Below the pieces are notes generated by a model. That model ran no database searches. It was not told the origin of the DNA and was given only the letters and a program-made list of their open reading frames with translations. DNA of 64,000 nt, taken from assembly GCA_036785375.1 (NCBI GenBank), contig JAWMAR010000030.1, positions 1,240,001 through 1,304,000 on the forward strand. The letters run 5' to 3'. Positions 12,801 through 23,305 of this stretch are shown piece after piece. The position numbers and the translations under genes were made by a program. Within the stretch, counting starts at the first letter, position 1, and every line of letters starts with the position of its first letter. Origin of the DNA: Leucoraja ocellata. Taxonomy: Eukaryota.

Positions 12801-15800
12801 TATATTGTATTCATCACTTCAATCTATCGCTGCACCCCTTTTCATATTTTGTCTTTCATTATTATTTTAAAAGAGCATTAACAATGCAAAATGAAGCACT
12901 TTCATATTTTGTATGAACATCTAAGAAATCAGATTCAGGATGTATATCTGTGTGTTTAACTCCACCTTAGAAAAACATTCATTTCAAAACCTCACCATTC
13001 TTCTGCAAAACGAGGAAAGCATCAAAAATCTAAAACTACCATTACATGTCACAAAATAAATGATTAAATAGGCATGTTATGCAGAGTTCTCAATATTAAA
13101 ATCAAACTTCAATTTCATATAAATACTCATGATTGAAATATCAGGATTTTTCTGAATTGCAAGTTGTACCAAGTTCAGTGAAAGTAACCAAAATTGTGAA
13201 TTAACCATTGTGACTGAAATGTCAAAAACCATAAGGCTCACCAAATGCTGACCTGCACTTGGAGCAAGGCTGTTCACCACTTCTATTCTGTCGAAATAGA
13301 TCATGACCCCACCACTGTAGAAGGTAAAGGTAAATTGTTTAGTAATACAATATATAACAGACATAAAAATAACTCAGCTATTAAAAGTACTTCGATTATG
13401 TACTAGTTGAACAAAAGCTAGAACACCTTTATGAAAGATGCAACAAAATAAAGAACAACGGGGCATTTCCTACCATCTAATCCAGTTTTACCCAGTTGCT
13501 AAATCATCTACAGACAAGGTTTTGTGTACATGGATGGTTATACTAGAAAATAACCACATAAACTGTTTTTTAAAAAAAAACACTCCACGAGTTAGGCAGC
13601 ATATGTGAAAAGAGAAACAGAATACACTCTTTCATCAGAACTGGGAAGAGAGAAAATGACTTAATTTTAAATTGCAGAGGTGGGAGTGAGATAACTAGAC
13701 CAAAAAGAATATCTGTGATAGGGTAAAACTAGGATTGCCATCCCCACTCTCTCTTCAGTAGGGCCCAACCATTTCTCCCACCCACGCCCCAATAACTTTG
13801 CTTCTCCAGTTCTGACAAAGTGTCTCAAACATGAAAAACTGTTTATCGTTCCACAGATTCTATCTATCCCTCAGAGTGTTTCCAGTATTTTGTTTTTACT
13901 ATTAAGCAATTCACAAATGTATCCAGTTCTCACGCAAAAGGCAAAGCGGCACAGCCCAATGAGAAGCTCAGCGATGCATACTTTTAAAATATATAATTGC
14001 ATGCCTTGGTTGGTATGTGCACGTTTTATTTTAATATAACAAGAAAATTCTTACAACTTCAGTCAAACGAAAATGGGAAATATTAACAAGATTATCAAGT
14101 AATATAACTAATTAAAAAGTTTGCTGAAACAATATAACTACATTTAAGTTGTTTCTTTCCCATAACTTTCTAAAAAGAAACGGTATTGTCATAAAAGGGA
14201 TTAAACAACATAAAGCAAATGTTCACACACCTTGTTCCGCAGGGAACATTTTTCACTTCATCTGTTTGTAAAGTTGTCTGTAACAGAGAAGTTAAAGTGT
14301 GTTTGTGAAATGAAATAAAACGTAAGCATGGTAAAGGCAAGATTATATACAGCAATGAGGGCAAAACATTGTATTTGTACTATACATCCCTCTATGGATT
14401 CAATCACCAATACCTGCCCTTTGTTCCTGATGTATTTGTTTTTAATAAGCAGTTGAGTTTCAATAGAATCAAGAGATTGTTTTTCATTTGTCCAAAGAGC
14501 ATGGATTAAGTGCACTCAGGTATAAATTAGATCAAATATCCTACTTTCCCCCTCTTCCCATCCCTATAACTAAAATGTAACCTTCCTGGATAAAATAGCA
14601 GCTTTCACTCATCTCTGAAGGCAGATTTTAATTTAAACAACTGCACTAAATAACTAGTGTGAACAGAATTAATTAATAAAATACAATCTCAAAAGTCAGA
14701 TTCAAATTTAATTGAAATTAAATTCCACCATTCTTAAAAATGCATATCACTGAAGTATTTTTTAAATTAGTCATATTCAAGATTTCTTCATGTGGCTGTG
14801 TGTTCGGATATTGTGGCCAAGAGCACAAACAGGCTTATATATGAATACTTATCCCACTTGCTGAGCACATTCACCAGACCTGTGAATGACAGCCTCTTGG
14901 CTCAAGAGCTAACACTACACAAAAAGTCAGTGTCACAGCTGAGCAACGGCAGCACAATTCTCATCCTCATCTTGACCATCGGCAATTAGCTTTAAGGCCT
15001 TCTTTTGCAATTCCTTTCTTTGCTGGTTCCTCACCTTCTAAAGACCTTGTCAACTATCCTTTCAACATACTCTTGACACTTTTTTTATTTCCCTCAGTGA
15101 CCACGCTACTGATTGCAGTTAAGTGCTGCAAGCTATACCATGGAGCATTCTTGAAGTATAAACAGTTATTCTTGCATCCTTGGCAACAAAAACATGGAGC
15201 ACTGAGAAACAATTAGTTTCAATACCTCTCTGCTACATTCAATCTCTGCCCTTGTACATCATTTAGTGTGATAGCTCCTTTACTGATGCTTGCCATGTCG
15301 TCAGTCTGTGGTGCATCACAATATTCTTACAAGTCTGTCCTTTTCAACTGACTTGTATTTTGTGGCATTCAAGAATCCTGGTCCTGAATGAACACTGTGT
15401 AAATAGGTTACATTGAAGCTCAGAACAGGGGGATGGGATGTTAGGTCACTCATGAAATGTTCAAGATGTGGAAGAGTTTCCCAGTTTTTTTTAGAAACAT
15501 AGAAAATTAGGTACAGAAGTAGGTTATTTGGCCCTTCGAGCCAGCACCGCCATTCAACAAGATCATGGCTGATCATCTATGGGCTTCTAAACTAATTGAT
15601 GTTCACCACTCAGGATAACTTAACAGAAAATTAAAACGCATTGCAGTTTCACATTCAATACAAATATTTAAATTATATTTATTTCAAAACATTAATCTGT
15701 CATCTAGTCTTCATCTACGTGGAAGTGTAAAAAAAAGTGCTAACCTGAACGGATCTGAAAGATGTAATGAATGGCACCATAATGTGGTACCCAGGGGAAC

Positions 15801-18800
15801 TCAGAGAGAGCAATAACGCACCACCTCTAGAGAAAAGAAAAAATATTGAATATGTTGACATCTCTACAAAAACTAAGACATGACTGCTCAAAATGAGGGT
15901 AGCTGTAAAATAACAACTTCTGTATATATGATTTATGTACATAGCTTAGAACAGGTACTCAACTGAATTTCAATTAAGCATATCAGCCCTTAAGGTTGAA
16001 GGATCTTTGCTGACGTTTATGCTCTGCACAAGCATCCTTTGCCATCAATATATTTTAATACTATCATCTATATCAATCTCATGCAAAGCAATAAAATGGT
16101 ACATTTTGTCCTTGGCTTGTGTTTGGAAGCTATTTTTTCAAAAGATATATATCAGTAATTATAGTTGAAGTATTAGTGTCAGAGACTTTCTACAGCCTTA
16201 GCCAACCCACAACTAACTCCCACCACCCATAGTGCAAAGGTTGCCATCAATTATTCAAAGCTCATTCCAGAAAACAACATGACAAAGAGTTGTTCACATG
16301 CACAGGAAACGTTTAGTGGGATATGGACCAAATGTGGAGAAATGGAACGAGCCGAGATGAGGCATCTTGGTCGGCACGGACAGCTTGGGTTGAAGGGCCT
16401 GTTTCCATGTTGTGTGACTAGTTATGGCTTCACTTATACTTTGACGTCCACAATATTTAGCTAATAACATTTATACAATGAAAGGTTAAGAAAAGTTCAT
16501 TTCCTTCTCCAAAACCCTCTATTAACTTGCTCATTTAGATTTTTTCCTCTCTAAATTGCTTTCATCTTTTTCTTCTGATAAACATTATTTCATTAAACAT
16601 TAGTCCTTTTCACTAATTTCCCTTTTGCTTTCTCTCACTGCTTTATTTTGCTCTCAAACTCCATTTTCCTTTAGTGTATTTTTTCATTTCCCATTGTATT
16701 TTCATTTCCAAACTCACTTTTTTCACTTCTATCAGTTTCCAGGAACAGATCTTGGTTTCTCAAACCATCCTCAATAAGGAACCTGATTCGTGAGCTGTAG
16801 CAGCGTTTAAATTTTGACTGTTGTCTGGGTGGGACAGCCCTGCAACCACCTCCCTGGATATGGTGACACAAGGAACTGCAGGTGCTGGAATCTTGCATAG
16901 AACACAAAAGTGCTGAAGTAACTCAGCAGGTTAGCGTTTCTGGAGAACATGAATAGGTGACGTTTCTGGTCAGGATCCTTCTTCAGTCTGAATGTTGCTT
17001 GACCCACTGAGTTACTCCAGCACGTCATGTTCTCCCTTAATATGGTGGTGGGTTCAAGCCACTACTTAGATGAACAAAAAACAAACCCAGAAATAAAATC
17101 TGTGCTATGGGAACTCCTGTTAAAACAAAAATAATCATCATGAAATATCTGTGAATTTCATAATAATCCTTAATAGTTATTAAATATCAGGAGTTATGCA
17201 CATATGAAATTTTGCAACTTTATTTGAATAAAACCACCTTTTTCATTTATTTCACTTTAATTAGTTTTAGAGATACAGCGCGGAAACAGGCCCTTCGGCC
17301 CACCAAGTCCACACCGACCAGTAAACCCCGCACATTAGCACTATCCTACACACACTTGGGACTATTCACACTTATACCAAGCCAATTAAACTACAAATCT
17401 GTACGCCTTTGGAGTGTGGGAGGAAACCGAAGATCTCGGACAAAACCCACACGATCACGGAGAGACTCCGTACAGACAGCACCCGTAGTCGGGGTCGAAC
17501 CTGGGTCTCTGGCGCTGCAAGTGCTGTAAGGCAGCAACTCTACCGCTGCGCCACCCTAATGTAATTAAGCCAAATTTTGTTCACCCTCCGATAAAGCACC
17601 TTGGGATATCTAGCTGCACTATCAAGTACTTTAAATATATAAATTTGTTTTGAACACTTTGCAGGGACTTTGATTGAACAGATCAGGAAATGAACTGAAT
17701 CACACAAAATTGTAGCTCAAAATATACTGAAAAACACGCCCCCGTGCTACCATCCAATCATTTTTGTGTGATCTTCTAATATCTTCAAATACCAGCTCAA
17801 AAATAAATGAGGCTACAAGGCCATGCAAGTTGCAAGTGATTTGTCAAATATGTCTTATCACTGCTGGCATCAACAACCGTCTGCAAGGTATAACATCCAA
17901 ACCTCTATTGCAGCAAAGATCGACAGTTAATAAACCAGACACATTATTCAAAGGTAAGGAACTGCCATTGAAAAAAAAAGGGAAGCAAGTGGCAGAAAGG
18001 GAAGTCAAAGCAAAACAATGTGCTGTGTTCCTCAGGGTACAATTCATTCACCATATTTTTTCCAGATACACTTTATTCTGAATAATACATTGCAATTTAA
18101 AAAACAAAATCCTGAACACAAGTGGTAATGATTTATGGCTTAATACATTACTCATGTGGAGTGAATGCAATCTTGTGAAAGGAGAAACTTAAAACAGTCA
18201 GGCATAACAATTTCCAACGATAACAAGAATCCACTTGGGAAGGAAACGTGCCACTGCAGCATACGGTATTTAACTAGAACCAAACACAAGATTCACTCCT
18301 GACACAAAAATACAAAGAAAACAAATAGTTCATGCTACTTCTGCTGATAACTGGGAAGATGAAGCTTTGACATATTTTAACAAACTGACCCATTTGCTAA
18401 ACAAAAGTAACTGAAGACTAAACATCACTAAGGTACATTAACTAACAAGGGTGTCATAGTTGTCCAACAAGTGGATTAGGGGAGAGTTCTGCGGCATGAA
18501 GTAGTGCTCTAGGAGAATAATGGTCTTCAAAATTTACCACTTCATGTTTGATTGGATGATGCTCAGTTACGACTGGATAATTTAAAGGATAACCTAAGGT
18601 CCAGTGCTGAGAAATTGGGTGTTATTCTTCTTTTGGAACTATCTGTGTGAAATGGCAAGTTGTTTATTTATGTCATACAGTCATAGAGTGACACAGCATG
18701 GAAACAGGCCCTTCGGTCCAACTTGCCCACACCAGCCAACATGTCCCAGCTGCACTAGTCCCACCTGCCCATGCTAAACCCATATCCCTTCAAACCTGTC

Positions 18801-19541
18801 CCAGACTGCTCAACCTCTCCCTATAGCTCAGACCCTCGAGTCATGGCAACTTCCTCGTGAATCTTCTCTGTACCCTTTCCAGCTTGACCCTTATATCTTT
18901 CCTATAACATGGTGCCCAGAATTGAACACAATACTCCAAATATGGTCTCACCAACGCCTTATAAAAAGTCTATACTGATAGAAACAATATGTCAACAAAT
19001 TGAAGTTTCCGTCAATTGGCCTCAGGAGTATGTCAAATTTTGTAATCGTGGAATAAAAACATTTGATTTGGAAGGTTGTCCAAAAATGTGTGCAATCCCT
19101 AAAAGCGAGCAATGTTGCAGTAGGAAGAGTGTACAAGAACAATTAATTCGGTATAATACAATATATAGACACTATATATTTTTTAAAGAGCAGTTTCACG
19201 CTACAAAATATCTGAGCATGTTATATTGCTGTTACAAATGGAACTTTTAAAAAAATGGTTATCATTGCAAGGCCATAAGTCCAATTACAAATTCCTAAGT
19301 CAATCAGAGGTTGCAGGTTCTCAGAAATATGCAACTGGTTGGAACTTTATTAATTCCTGCTCTGAGTTATGAGGAAGCAAAATAATGAGTTTTTTTGAAA
19401 AGAAAATTGGTTTCACAAGATTTACTACCTGTAGTAAATGCCAAGGTGCCCCTCTTCAATCTTGTGTATGGAAGAGTAAAGGAAGAAAGACACGGCTGCA
19501 GTTATTGCGACCACAATTGCTCCAACATGAGTCATGGTCAT
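759..19541 (-). CDS. ERLIN1: ERLIN1 (ER lipid raft-associated SPFH-domain protein), multi-exon CDS span; 10 coding exons in window, final exon beyond position 1
   Basis: Exons of 113/82/47/62/126/74/59/92/90/80 nt join in frame (825 nt, 275 codons) to give [11 protein letters not shown]...[21 protein letters not shown]...[12 protein letters not shown], a clear erlin. It lies directly downstream of CHUK on the same strand, as human ERLIN1 does. Confidence 0.93.
1925..2125. repeat. Inverted pair of short Penelope-derived (pLTR-like) repeats
   Basis: Left arm GATAGACAC...CTGGAGTAACTCAG...GAGAAGGAATGGGTGACGTTTC mirrors right arm GAAACGTCACCAATTCCTTCTC...CTGAGTTACTCCAG...GTGTCTATC. Confidence 0.7.
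2480..2569 (-). CDS. ERLIN1: ERLIN1 coding exon 9
   Basis: [30 protein letters not shown]; 90 nt; CAG/GTGAG. Confidence 0.95.
2810..3352 (+). mobile_element. Unclassified non-autonomous retroelement-like repeat
   Basis: CpG-rich body with internal GACTTTAACTTCG repeats. It ends in CACGTGACAATAAA, a tail also seen inverted at ~1880-1915. Confidence 0.5.
3795..3987. mobile_element. Truncated Harbinger-type MITE
   Basis: Begins TTA|AGGGCCTGTCCCACTT, the same terminus as 52892. A partial inverted repeat (AGGTTGTGAATTAG) is present and the right terminus is lost. Confidence 0.6.
5230..6218 (+). mobile_element. HE1-like tRNA-derived V-SINE, interrupted by nested insertions
   Basis: A-box GGTGGCGCAGCGG, B-box-like GGGTTTGATCC, central GGAGTTTGTACGTTCTCCCCGTG. 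It resumes at ~6045 (AGGTTAATTGGC) and ends with GGGCCGAAG...CTAAAC. Confidence 0.8.
5518..5990 (+). mobile_element. Non-autonomous Helitron
   Basis: Starts A|TC(TATCTATTTATATTACTAAAA) and ends CTAG|T, with hairpin CAGACC-TAACG-GGTCTG 8 nt before the CTAG and no TSD. Confidence 0.75.
6599..6690 (-). CDS. ERLIN1: ERLIN1 coding exon 8
   Basis: [30 protein letters not shown]; 92 nt; TAG/GT. Confidence 0.95.
6935..7645 (-). mobile_element. Rearranged or composite SINE(s)
   Basis: SINE tail TTTAGTTTAGAGATA at the left and head ...GCAGCGCCAC at the right, with duplicated GAGCACCCGAGG..GGAT.GAACT.GGG segments. Confidence 0.65.
8320..8378 (-). CDS. ERLIN1: ERLIN1 coding exon 7
   Basis: [20 protein letters not shown]; 59 nt; CAG/GTAAGT. 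Confidence 0.95.
8980..9053 (-). CDS. ERLIN1: ERLIN1 coding exon 6
   Basis: [25 protein letters not shown]; 74 nt; CAG/GT. Confidence 0.95.
9399..9524 (-). CDS. ERLIN1: ERLIN1 coding exon 5
   Basis: [42 protein letters not shown]; 126 nt; retains the NYT glycosylation sequon; CAG/GT. Confidence 0.96.
9770..10035 (-). mobile_element. Penelope-like element fragment (pLTR-like repeat joined to decayed GIY-YIG region)
   Basis: Minus-strand remnants [10 protein letters not shown] and VYIA*TK resemble the FTC...YIGET region of PLE GIY-YIG endonucleases; homologous to 63465-63720. Confidence 0.55.
10700..11310 (+). mobile_element. Decayed CR1 LINE 3' fragment
   Basis: Recognisable CR1 3' motifs (GAGTGTCCAGGACTAAGGG, GAGATTGATAGATTCTTG, GGGGGAAAAGGCAGGAA). 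Confidence 0.55.
11351..11963. mobile_element. hAT-like non-autonomous DNA element(s), probably chimeric
   Basis: CAG-type ends (CAGGACTCGAAATT... and ...TACTTGGCAGCTCTG) with subterminal ATCCGTA repeats. The two ends are not mutually complementary and no TSD was found. Confidence 0.5.
13253..13314 (-). CDS. ERLIN1: ERLIN1 coding exon 4
   Basis: [20 protein letters not shown]; 62 nt; CAG/GT. Confidence 0.95.
14231..14277 (-). CDS. ERLIN1: ERLIN1 coding exon 3
   Basis: [15 protein letters not shown](S); 47 nt; CAG/GT. Confidence 0.95.
15745..15826 (-). CDS. ERLIN1: ERLIN1 coding exon 2
   Basis: (R)[27 protein letters not shown]; 82 nt; TAG/GT boundaries. Confidence 0.95.
17265..17556 (-). 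mobile_element. HE1-like V-SINE, near full length
   Basis: Reverse complement of the head, core and tail seen at 5230-6218. Confidence 0.85.
18675..18965 (-). mobile_element. CR1 LINE 3' fragment
   Basis: CATGGAAACAGGCCCTTCGG tail; GGTGCCCAGAATTGAACACAATACTCC is the reverse of EYCVQFWAP. Confidence 0.7.
19429..19541 (-). CDS. ERLIN1: ERLIN1 coding exon 1 (ATG; N-terminal membrane anchor)
   Basis: [38 protein letters not shown]; 113 nt; GT donor at 19428-19427; acceptor CAG at 19554-19552, 10 nt upstream of the ATG. Confidence 0.93.
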
Positions 19542-21504
19542 GCTGCCTTACCTGCAAGAGTGGGATGCAAACAGCAGAGTAAATGTCAATATCAGATTAG
19601 AAAGACGGCTTTGAAAAACATTTTGACAACTATAATTTATATTTATCAAATGTAAATGATCAGCATTTGCATAAAAGGTGAAACAATAGTACATCCTAAC
19701 TAGTAAAGTCTTTTGAAACCTCAATTTCATAATGTTGCGATCATTTATGCAGGATTTAACGTTAGTGAAATCCGCATCTATATGAATGGAAATTACATGC
19801 ACACACAACCTCGTTAACAAGATAAATTAAGTCTGAATTTTACACTCGATCATTCAGGAACATGCCATTAAAATTAAACATTCCCAGTTCCAACTAATGA
19901 ACAAGTTTTGAACTTTCTTCAATCTTTGTTCAACTGCAGCTTTTGCAGCATTGTTGAAATCACCCTACAAAAAGCCATTGGCAAGTAATATTTCCACATT
20001 GTCTTAACAGGCCCGATCAAGTTTCAGCAACCCAATGCCTGTGTTAGCAGGTAAATTACATGTAGCCTATTTTAAAACAAACTTCCTGGTTTCTCAGGTT
20101 TCTTTAAACACAAAAGAAAATTACTCGCGGCCAAGCTTGTGGACGGTGTGGGACAATGATTCCCTTCCATTAAGAATCACTCACCATTTACAAAAATGCA
20201 AACCAGAGCACCACTGACAAATGGTTTTGGTTTCTTATATATCCTTAACCAACACGCTTATCTACTGAAAACCCTTGTAATAACAGTCAAAGTGCCAGAC
20301 ACATTTTGAACGGCCTGCCAGCAGAACAAGAACATACTCAGCATCAAGACTAGTTTTTGATCATATTTAATAAAACTAAATTTCACACCAAACTAAACAA
20401 GTGTACATTTTACCATATAATGCTCCATCTGCAATCACCTTACCTGCTTGCTTAATGTGTTCAGATCCCCTTTCAGATTCATGCCTTGCTATCTACAGTT
20501 CACTTCCCCTTGGCTTTGTTCCTCTAGTGAATCTGCATGGGTGTGCACTTCTAAAGTACTTATAAATTGAATTTGCCTGTCTCGCCCATCCGAAAATAAA
20601 TACTATGACCCAATTAATGTGCACATCTTCCCCTTGAAGTAATAATTCTAAAGTAAATAAATACTTACAGATTACACTCAGATATTTTAGGTTATAAACT
20701 TTAATGTGGAATCAGTCCTGTGTCTTGCAGCAGCAATTCATAACCTTTGTCCTGTATTGCTGTTGGGGGTTGTCACAAGTGGGTTTTCATTCGTAAGTTA
20801 ACATTCAAATCTGAATAGAATATGAGGAAAACATTATAAGCTAAATTAAAACGACTCGACCTCCATCTGACGTGATCATTTGTAAGAGGATATGGTCTGT
20901 AAAATATTGTTGAGAAACTATTCAAATAAACCCGTACCTCTATCAATTACAGGATGAAATAAATGGACACATCCATTTTAATCAAATAGTGAAGCATTAA
21001 AGCACAATAACAGAAGAAAATAGAAGCAGCAGTAGGTCATCAGGACCCTCAAGCCAGCTCCACCATTTAATATGATCATGGCCAATTTATTCTGGACTCA
21101 ATTCCTCTTTGATGCCATTTCTCTATATCCCTCTACTCCTCCATCACCACCACTATAAGTATTTCTAATGATTTAGATTCCGCCACCAGCCAGAGCAGTG
21201 AATTCCAGAAATGCATCACCCTCTGCGAAAACGATCCTTGTACCTTAGTTTTAAACGTGACTACGTACCGTTACCTTGTAGTTATGTTCCCTTGTATGAG
21301 ACTCTCTCACAACATCTCAAGAGTCAAGTCAAGATAGTTTATGGTCATGTGTCCCAGATAGGACAATGAAATTTGTGCTTGCTGCAGCACAACAGAATAT
21401 TGTTCTATTGTTCTGAATATTATCTATTCCGTGTGGTCCCTTTGGTGTCTTATTTATTTGGGCAAGGTCACTTCTCATTCTGCTAAACTCCAAGGATTCA
21501 AATG

Positions 21505-21738
21505 TAGTTTAGTTTAGTTTAGAGATACAGCACAGAAACAGGCCCTTCGGCCCACCGGGTCCATGCCGACCAGCGATCCCCACACATAAACATCATCCTA
21601 CACCCACTAGGGACAATTTTTACATTTACCAAGTCAATTAACCTTCAAACCTGTACGTCTTTGGAATGTGGGAGGAAACCGAAGATCTCAGCGAAAGCCC
21701 ACGTAGGTCACGGGGAGAATGTACAAATGCCGTACAGT
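21505..21738 (-). mobile_element. HE1-like SINE, 5'-truncated
   Basis: GTTTAGTTTAG tail with SINE core. Confidence 0.8.
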
Positions 21739-22069
21739 CAAAAACTACAGTACTAACAGGAGGCAAAGTATGTAAAAACTCAACTGATATTGAAGTATTT
21801 TTTCTGATTGGATAGATGAATGAATAAGTTGATTGGCCAAGGAATTTGCCTTGGTGCTCCACCCACAAGTGACAACATGACATACAGTGACAGTTAGGAA
21901 TGCCACATAAAATATTAAACATTAATAATAAAACATTATCGATTAAACTTGTGAATTAAATAAAATACCAGAGCAAAAAGTGGCTACAGATTTTTGGTTA
22001 TTGAGTAGAGCTACTACTCGTGGAAAAAGATGGCTGTAAGATTAATTCAAGTCAATAGAAAAGGTCGCT

Positions 22070-22730
22070 CAGAACAGGCCCTTTGGGCAACAATGTCTGT
22101 GCTGAATATGCTGCCAAGATAAACTAATCTCACCTGCCTGCAAGTAATCCATAACCCACCAATTCCTGCAGGTCTATGTGGCTATCTAAAATCCTCTTAA
22201 ATGTCACTCTCATCTCTGCCTCCGCCACTACCCTCACCAGCACATTCCACTCTCTATGTATAAAACTTGCCCCGCACATCCTTTATGCATTGCCCCTCTA
22301 ACCTTAAAGTTATGCCCTCCTTTTACACCCTGGGAAAAAGGGTCTGATTGCCTCATAATTTTACATACTTCACTCAGGTCCCTCCTCAGATTATGACGCG
22401 CCAGAGAAAACAATTCAGGTTTGCACGATCGCTCCACATAACTAATACCCTATAATCCTGGCAACATAATCCAGGTAATCTTCTTCTGCACCCTCTTCAA
22501 AGCCTTCACATTGTTCCTGTAATGGGGCAACTAGAACTGCATACAATATTCCACATGTGGCATAACCTAATTCCTATAAAGCTGCAACATGACGTTCTTA
22601 CTCTTATGCTCAATGCATACCTTACACCTTCTTTACCACTCTATGTTGCCACATACACTGAGCTGTGGACTTGGACATCAAGATCCCTCTATACATCAAT
22701 GCTGTTAAGGATCTTGCCATTAACTGTGTA
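22070..22730 (-). mobile_element. Decayed CR1 LINE 3' part
   Basis: Remnants LFSLARHNLRRDL..V.KIM and GHNFKVRG, typical of the CR1 ORF2 C-terminus. Confidence 0.7.
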
Positions 22731-23039
22731 CTACAGTATGAGTAAATATGTTCCTTGGAAATAGTACCTGTTGCAATCTTCTCTCATCGGCTTCCACAGT
22801 ATGTAAACTTAAGCAAGGAGTTTCAAATATATTTACCATGTTTTTAAGTTACATGCTGAGTGGATACCATTATTTTCAGTTTTTCACAACTGCTTGGCTT
22901 TACTCTCAATCTCCATTCTATAATTACACTACATGACCTGAAAACCAAGACTATTTTCTTTTGTGACCAATTTGATTTATTTTGTCACATTTCAAATTAC
23001 ACATCATGGTCAAAGTACTACTAAATAGTCGAATCACAG

Positions 23040-23305
23040 CTTTAGACTTTGGAGATACAGCGTGGAAACAGGCCCACCGAGTCCGCACCAAATAGTGATC
23101 ACCCTGCACGACCTGCACACTTAAGGACAATTTTACAATTTACAGATGCCAATTAACCTTCAAACCTGTATATCTTTGGAGTATGGGAGGAGCACCCAGA
23201 GAAAACCCACGTAGTCACAGGGAGAATGTACAAACTCCACACAGACAGCACCAGTTGTCAGGATTGAACCCAGGTCTCTAGGACTGTGAGGCAGCAAAGC
23301 TACTT
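23040..23305 (-). mobile_element. HE1-like SINE
   Basis: CAAACTCCACACAGACAGCACC core and GATACAGCGTGGAAACAGGCCC tail. Confidence 0.8.

Noticed and set aside
14900-15400. Protein-like minus-strand stretch ([21 protein letters not shown]) and nearby splice-like sites
   Set aside because: Stops occur in the frames checked and no family is recognisable. ERLIN1 exons 2 and 3 already join in frame. It may be old transposon debris.
18555-18615. C/D-box-like pair (GATGATG...CTGA)
   Set aside because: It is on the strand opposite the host gene, with an imperfect C box and no terminal stem.
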